From Cupriavidus necator (lineage in GTDB: Bacteria > Pseudomonadota > Gammaproteobacteria > Burkholderiales > Burkholderiaceae): a stretch of 32,000 nucleotides of DNA. A program made the translations under genes and the position numbers. Shown one piece after another: positions 27,752-32,000 of this stretch. Position 1 is the stretch's first letter, and every line of letters starts with the position of its first letter. Location: NCBI RefSeq assembly GCF_016127575.1, contig NZ_CP066018.1, forward strand, positions 1,140,001 through 1,172,000, in the 5' to 3' direction. The notes under the pieces were generated by a model. The model was not told the DNA's origin. It was given only the letters and a program-made list of their open reading frames with translations, and did no database searches.

Positions 27752-28175
27752 ATTTGTCGGGATGGTTTGCGGTTTGGTTCTGGACAGTCGTGGTGCCGAC
27801 CTGCAGCACACCCTGCGAGCCGCCGGCCAGGGCCTTGGTGGCAAGCTGGTCGAGCTTTTCGCCGCGGTAGCAGATCGCGCGCACGAGCATGGGAAGGTTG
27901 ACGCCGGCCAGCACCCGCACGCGGCCCGGCTCGGCCAGGCGTGCGGCAATATTGGCGGGGGTGGCGCCGAAGATATCGGTGAGGACCAGCGCGCCGTTGT
28001 CCTCGCAGATGGCCGCCAGCCGGCGCCTGGCCTCGGCCAGCACGACGGCGGGGTCGGCATCGGGAAGGACGTCGATGGATTCCAGCCGCTGCGGCTGGCC
28101 GCAGTAGACGTGGGCGGCGCAATCGCGCAGCGCCGAAGCCAGCGGGGTGTGCGCGATGATCAGAATGCCTGCCAT
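27720..28175 (-). CDS. PTS EIIA component, mannose/fructose family (regulatory PTS, no permease partner)
   Basis: MAGILIIAHTPLASAL N-terminus with the phospho-His context of EIIA-Man. 151 aa. I believe this corresponds to the gene called ptsM in Ralstonia eutropha H16. Confidence 0.85.
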   Translation of the reverse strand: MAGILIIAHTPLASALRDCAAHVYCGQPQRLESIDVLPDADPAVVLAEARRRLAAICEDNGALVLTDIFGATPANIAARLAEPGRVRVLAGVNLPMLVRAICYRGEKLDQLATKALAGGSQGVLQVGTTTVQNQTANHPDKYAAEGHHHHQ

Positions 28176-28243
28176 GATGGTGAATCCGTTGGATTGCCCC
28201 GATTGTAGCAGGCGGCCCCCCGCGCTCCCGCTGCCGGCCAGGC

Positions 28244-29197
28244 TCAGCGCCCGGCCGCGTCCACGGCGTGCTCCAGCGCGTCGATGAACATCGCCGCGAC
28301 ATGGAAGCCGGTTTGCTGGGTGATCTCCTGGAAACAGGTCGGACTCGTCACATTGACCTCGGTCAGGTAGTCGCCGATGACGTCCAGGCCCACCAGCAGC
28401 AGGCCCTGCTCCCACAGCCCCGGCGCCAGGGCCTCGGCGATCTCGCGGTCGCGCGGGCTCAGTTCCTGCGCGCGGCCGGTGCCGCCGGCAGCCAGGTTGC
28501 CGCGCACCTCGCCGGCCATCGGCACGCGCGCCAGCGAATATGGCACCGGCACGCCGCCGATCAGCAGGATGCGCTTGTCGCCGTCCTTGATCGCCGGGAT
28601 ATAGCGCTGCACCATCAGCGTGCGGGCGCCGTCGTGGCCCAAAGTCTCGACGATCGCGGCCAGGTTCATGCCGTCCGCGCCGACGCGGAACACGCCCATG
28701 CCGCCCATGCCGTCGAGCGGCTTGACGATGATGTCGCGGTGCTCGGCGTGGAAGTCGCGGATGCGTGCCAGGTCGCGCGTAACCAGCGTCGGCGTGATGA
28801 ATTCCGGGTACTGGGCAATCGCCAGCTTCTCGGAATGGTCGCGGATCGCGCGCGGCTTGTTGAACACGCGCGCGCCCTGCGCCTCGGCCAGCTCCAGCAG
28901 CCAGGTGCTGGTGACGTACTCCATGTCGAAGGGCGGGTCCTTGCGCATCAGCACCGCGTCGAATGCCGACAGCGGCTCCAGCGCGCTGTTGCCTTCGCGG
29001 TACCAGGCGTGGTCGTCGCCGGTCAGGTGCAGTCGCGTGGCCATGGTCTCGACCACACGGCCGGACAGGGTCAGTTGCGGCTGCAAGCACCAGTACAGCT
29101 CGTGGCCGCGCGCGGCGGCCTCGGTCATCATGGCGTAGGTGGAGTCCTTGTAGGTCTTGAAGGTCTCCAGCGGGTCAGTGATGAAGAGGATGCGCAT
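28244..29197 (-). CDS. gshB: Glutathione synthetase
   Basis: Collinear with E. coli GshB (MRKDPPFD, KPLDGMGG, YLPAIKDGDKR, EINVTSPT). ATG 29197 gives the MRILFITDP N-terminus. The alternative is GTG 29209, which overlaps the gshA stop. Confidence 0.95.
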   Translation of the reverse strand: MRILFITDPLETFKTYKDSTYAMMTEAAARGHELYWCLQPQLTLSGRVVETMATRLHLTGDDHAWYREGNSALEPLSAFDAVLMRKDPPFDMEYVTSTWLLELAEAQGARVFNKPRAIRDHSEKLAIAQYPEFITPTLVTRDLARIRDFHAEHRDIIVKPLDGMGGMGVFRVGADGMNLAAIVETLGHDGARTLMVQRYIPAIKDGDKRILLIGGVPVPYSLARVPMAGEVRGNLAAGGTGRAQELSPRDREIAEALAPGLWEQGLLLVGLDVIGDYLTEVNVTSPTCFQEITQQTGFHVAAMFIDALEHAVDAAGR

Positions 29198-29205
29198 GGG
29201 GCTCG

Positions 29206-30501
29206 TCACAGGATCGGGTTCGGGTCGGTTTTCTCGAGTTCCAGGGACGCCGCCAGCAGCGCCAATCGCGCCACCACGCCGTACATGTAGAACCGGTTAG
29301 GCACCGCCGCGCCGGGCTTGGCGTGGGAGTCGGGGATACCGTTGGGCGCAAACGCCAGCGGCACGAAATGCATGCCCGGCGCGTTCAGGTTCTCGTCGTT
29401 GCCGCGGCCCGTGTGCACGCGGTAGAAGCCGCCGACCACGTAGCGGTCGATCATGTACACCACCGGCTCAGCCACCGCTTCATTGACCTTCTCGAAGGTG
29501 TGCACGCCTTCCTGGATGATGACGTCGCTGACCTCAAGGCCTTCCTTGACGACGCTCATCTTGTTGCGCTCCTTCCGGTTCAGGCCCTTGACCTCGGACG
29601 GATCGCGCACGGTCATGATGCCCATGCCGTAGGTGCCGGCATCGGCCTTGACCACCACGTACGGGGTTTCCTTGATGCCGTACTCGCGGTACTTCTTGGC
29701 GATTTTCTTGAGCACGCCCTCGACCGCGTCGGCCAGTTCTTCCTCGCCCACGCGCTCGTGGAAGTCCACGCCGGAGCAGCGGGCGAAGTACGGGTTGACC
29801 ATCCACTGGTCGATGTCGATCAGCTTGGCGAACTTCTTGGCCACCTCGTCATAGGCGGCAAAGTGGCTGCTCTTGCGGCGCGTGGACCAGCCGGCATGCA
29901 GCGGCGGCAGCAGGTACTGCTCGTTGATGTTTTCCAGGATCGGCGGGATGCCGGCCGACAGGTCGTTGTTCAGCAGGATCGAACAGGGGTCGAAGTCCTT
30001 CAGCCCCAGCCGGCGGCCCCTGGTGCCCAGGCGCGCGAGCGGCTCGACCACCAGGGTCTGGCCGTCCGGCAGCTCGATCGGGGTCGGTTCGGTGATTTCC
30101 TCGGAGAGCGAGCCCAGGCGCACGTTCAGGCCCGCCTGGCGCATGATCAGCGACAGCCGCGCCACGTTCTGCAGGTAGAACATGTTGCGGGTATGCCGCT
30201 CGGGGATCAGCAGCAGGTTCTTGGCGTCCGGGCAGATCTTCTCGATCGCCGCCATCGCCGCCTGCACCGCCAGCGGCAGCATTTCCGGGGCCAGGTTGTT
30301 GAATCCGCCCGGGAACAGGTTGGTGTCGACCGGCGCCAGCTTGAAGCCGGCGTTGCGCAGGTCCACCGAGCAATAGAACGGAGGGGTATGCTCCTGCCAT
30401 TCCAGCCTGAACCAGCGCTCGATGGACGGCGTGGCGTCCAGGATTTTCTTTTCCAGTTCGAGCAGCGGACCGTTCAGCGCGGTGATGAGATGCGGGACCA
30501 T
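29206..30501 (-). CDS. gshA: Glutamate--cysteine ligase, short ~430-aa proteobacterial type
   Basis: A 431-aa protein starting MVPHLITALNGPLLELEKKIL, located directly upstream of gshB. I recognise this as the Burkholderiales/Acidithiobacillus-type GshA family. Alternative ATG at 30507. Confidence 0.78.
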   Translation of the reverse strand: MVPHLITALNGPLLELEKKILDATPSIERWFRLEWQEHTPPFYCSVDLRNAGFKLAPVDTNLFPGGFNNLAPEMLPLAVQAAMAAIEKICPDAKNLLLIPERHTRNMFYLQNVARLSLIMRQAGLNVRLGSLSEEITEPTPIELPDGQTLVVEPLARLGTRGRRLGLKDFDPCSILLNNDLSAGIPPILENINEQYLLPPLHAGWSTRRKSSHFAAYDEVAKKFAKLIDIDQWMVNPYFARCSGVDFHERVGEEELADAVEGVLKKIAKKYREYGIKETPYVVVKADAGTYGMGIMTVRDPSEVKGLNRKERNKMSVVKEGLEVSDVIIQEGVHTFEKVNEAVAEPVVYMIDRYVVGGFYRVHTGRGNDENLNAPGMHFVPLAFAPNGIPDSHAKPGAAVPNRFYMYGVVARLALLAASLELEKTDPNPIL

Positions 30502-30658
30502 ATCCATCCTATAAATCGTCGTCTTAATCGTTCGCCCCGATTGTAGAGGAACGGCCAACCAGGCGCTGGCACACCCCTTATAAGGATATGCATGGCCGGG
30601 CCTGAGGGATAACGATATGGGGATGGGCGGCGCGAAATAAAGAGCCGGCCGCACCGGC

Positions 30659-30686
30659 AAAAAAAAAAGCGCGGCAATGCCGCGCT
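30659..30686 (-). terminator. Strong rho-independent terminator 160 nt upstream of gshA
   Basis: On the minus strand: AGCGCGGC-ATT-GCCGCGCT followed by T10 (plus-strand A10 at 30659-30668). Confidence 0.8.
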
Positions 30687-30741
30687 CTTAAATGGCCTGA
30701 CAGATACGGGGAGCGTTCTGCAGGTGGAGGAAACTGCCTCA
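30659..30741 (-). ncRNA. Candidate ~80-nt small RNA, or an attenuated gshA leader
   Basis: Bounded by a promoter-like TTGTCT-N17-TACATT and the T10 terminator. Contains a GAGG/CCUC hairpin and the C-rich stretches UUUCCUCCACCU and CGCUCCCCGU. It has no ORF. Confidence 0.3.
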
Positions 30742-30746
30742 CTGGC

Positions 30747-30775
30747 AATGTATGTGCCCCGCACATTAAAGACAA
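30747..30775 (-). promoter_or_regulatory. Candidate sigma-70 promoter with an operator-like palindrome in the spacer
   Basis: On the minus strand: TTGTCT (30775-30770), a 17-nt spacer, TACATT (30752-30747). The perfect palindrome ATGTGC-CCC-GCACAT (30752-30766) sits mostly in the spacer, starting at the edge of the -10. Confidence 0.3.
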
Positions 30776-30810
30776 TTGAAGCTTTTTAAGATCGGAGTTA
30801 AGCACTTTGC

Positions 30811-30833
30811 GAAAAGCCCGCGCAGCGCGCGGG
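30811..30833 (-). terminator. Weak terminator-like hairpin in the middle of the amtB-gshA spacer
   Basis: On the minus strand: CCCGCGC-GCT-GCGCGGG followed by CTTTTCGC. Confidence 0.3.
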
Positions 30834-30969
30834 GGAATCGCCAGCCAGCCCTTGCCGGCGCTCGGCTGGCGGATTTTGCGAGGAAGCTCGGAAATCCCCC
30901 CGAAGCATTCGCGGCACGCGTTGTTCGGCCATGGCTGACCGCCAAATGTATGCAATCTCAGGCAATGCC

Positions 30970-31000
30970 GGAAAGAAAAAAGCCCGGCACGCGGCCGGGC
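30970..31000 (-). terminator. amtB rho-independent terminator
   Basis: On the minus strand: GCCCGGC-CGCGT-GCCGGGC followed by TTTTTTCTTTCC, 55 nt after the amtB stop. Confidence 0.75.
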
Positions 31001-31054
31001 GAAAACTCCTGAGAGAAGATTCCCAATCAGCTCTCCAGCACAACACTTTTGCGC

Positions 31055-32000
31055 TCAGACTTCATACGCGGTCTCGCCGTGCGAGGTGATATCCAGGCCC
31101 TCGCGTTCTTCGTCTTCCGGCACCCGCAGGCCGATCAGCATGTCCACCAGCTTGTAGGCCACGAAGGCGACCACGCCGGACCACACCACGGTGGTCAGCA
31201 CGCCTTCGAACTGGATCCACAGCTGGCCGGCGATCGAGTAGTCGTCCGCCACCTTGTTGGCCACGTAGTCGTAGATGCCCGTGCCGCCGAGGCTGGGCGC
31301 GGCAAACACGCCGGTCAGCAGCGCACCCACGATGCCGCCCACGCCGTGCACGCCGAACACATCCAGCGAGTCGTCCATGCCCAGCATGCGCTTCAGGCCG
31401 GTCACTCCCCACAGGCACAGCAGGCCGGCGATCAGGCCCATCACGATCGAGCCCATCGGGCCGACAAAGCCGGCCGCCGGGGTGATCGCCACCAGGCCAG
31501 CCACCGCGCCCGAGGCGCCGCCCAGCATCGACGGCTTGCCTTTGCCGATCCACTCGCCGAAGGTCCACGCCAGCACTGCTGCGCAGGTGGCCAGCAGCGT
31601 GTTGACGAAGGCCAGCGCGGCCGAGCCGTTGGCTTCCAGCGCCGAGCCGGCGTTGAAGCCGAACCAGCCGAACCACAGCAGCGAGGCACCCACCATGGTG
31701 AAGGTCAGGCTGTGCGGACGGATCGCCTCACGGCCGAAGCCGATGCGCTTGCCGAACATGTAGGCGCCCACCAGGCCGGCCACGGCCGCGTTGATGTGCA
31801 CCACGGTGCCGCCGGCGAAGTCGAGCGCGCCCTTCTGGAACAGCCAGCCCGACTTGGCGGTCGCGGCGGCGCCGGCAGCAGCGTCGGTGTAGGCGTCCGG
31901 ACCCGGCCAGAACCAGACCATGTGGGCCATCGGGATGTAGGAGAAGGTGAACCACAGCACCACGAACACCAGCACGGCCGAGAACTTGGCGCGTTCGGCG
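31055..32000 (-). CDS. amtB: Ammonium transporter AmtB; N-terminal part lies outside the window
   Basis: AKFSAVLVFVVLWFTFSYIPMAHMVWF, DFAGGTVVHINAA and GVHGVGGIVGALLTG are Amt/MEP signatures. The frame stays open to the window edge; the track's M at 31975 is an internal GTG. Confidence 0.93.
   Translation of the reverse strand, partial: AERAKFSAVLVFVVLWFTFSYIPMAHMVWFWPGPDAYTDAAAGAAATAKSGWLFQKGALDFAGGTVVHINAAVAGLVGAYMFGKRIGFGREAIRPHSLTFTMVGASLLWFGWFGFNAGSALEANGSAALAFVNTLLATCAAVLAWTFGEWIGKGKPSMLGGASGAVAGLVAITPAAGFVGPMGSIVMGLIAGLLCLWGVTGLKRMLGMDDSLDVFGVHGVGGIVGALLTGVFAAPSLGGTGIYDYVANKVADDYSIAGQLWIQFEGVLTTVVWSGVVAFVAYKLVDMLIGLRVPEDEEREGLDITSHGETAYEV

Noticed and set aside
29207-29209. GTG start for gshB overlapping the gshA stop (GTGA)
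   Set aside because: This start is possible. However, ATG 29197 reproduces the N-terminus seen in E. coli GshB (M-x-I/L-x-I...DP), and the four extra residues have no support. It is kept as an alternative only.
30690-30975. Possibility that the spacer encodes a known housekeeping RNA (6S, SRP/4.5S, RNase P, tmRNA)
   Set aside because: The 5' and 3' ends contain direct repeats, not inverted ones, so there is no long closing helix as in 6S RNA. I did not see the conserved SRP, RNase P or tmRNA sequence motifs. This needs an Rfam scan to be certain.
30743-31012. Plus-strand sigma-54-like motif TGGCAATGTATGTGC (30743-30757) followed by a TTG-initiated 78-aa ORF (30776-31012)
   Set aside because: The motif deviates from the consensus at three of the conserved flanking positions. 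By hand count, only about 60% of the ORF's codons end in G/C. It uses a TTG start without an RBS. It runs through three hairpins whose T-tracts are on the other strand, and its product is a featureless basic peptide. The motif is more likely part of the minus-strand promoter and palindrome module.

Overview
This is a GC-rich betaproteobacterial chromosome segment. Gene content, gene order and protein sequences resemble Cupriavidus/Ralstonia (Burkholderiaceae); that taxonomic call is inference. The window is a dense run of core housekeeping genes, not an accessory island.

Left to right:
- ybiB-like gene (5' end cut by the window edge), pirin, rpoH.
- A 13-gene aa3-type cytochrome c oxidase structural and assembly supercluster, all on the minus strand except one small gene. 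In transcription order: DUF2244, coxB (with fused cytochrome c), coxA, a 43-aa assembly protein, ctaG, DUF2970, coxC, [DUF2909 on the plus strand], SURF1, an SCO-like CxxxC membrane protein, ctaA, ctaB, SCO1.
- A BioC-like methyltransferase divergent from comF, then trmL and an orphan Bug/TctC binding protein.
- The conserved rhodanese-grxC-secB-gpsA operon, divergent from gpmA-ctpA.
- An inverted pair of REP-like palindromic elements.
- moeB convergent with selU (mnmH).
- bfd and bfr, with a Fur box upstream of bfd.
- gshA-gshB-EIIA(Man)-ptsH-ptsI.
- The 3' part of amtB.

I saw no rRNA, tRNA, CRISPR array, transposase, integrase, phage gene or recognisable defence gene. I do not see a convincing novel multi-gene system.

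The most interesting unexplained sequence is the 553-bp low-GC amtB-gshA spacer. It carries three stacked minus-strand terminator-like hairpins and a candidate ~80-nt sRNA or leader with its own promoter-like and operator-like elements.

Secondary points:
- Several uncharacterised small membrane proteins lie in the oxidase cluster.
- SURF1 and DUF2909 have start codons that overlap head to head.
- The comF and methyltransferase 5' ends overlap.
- EIIA and HPr overlap by 32 nt, and the overlap encodes a natural His4 tail.
- Tandem terminators sit directly in front of bfr.

The many long ORFs antisense to real genes are GC-composition artefacts. All coordinates and motifs were read by eye from the sequence. 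No database search was possible.
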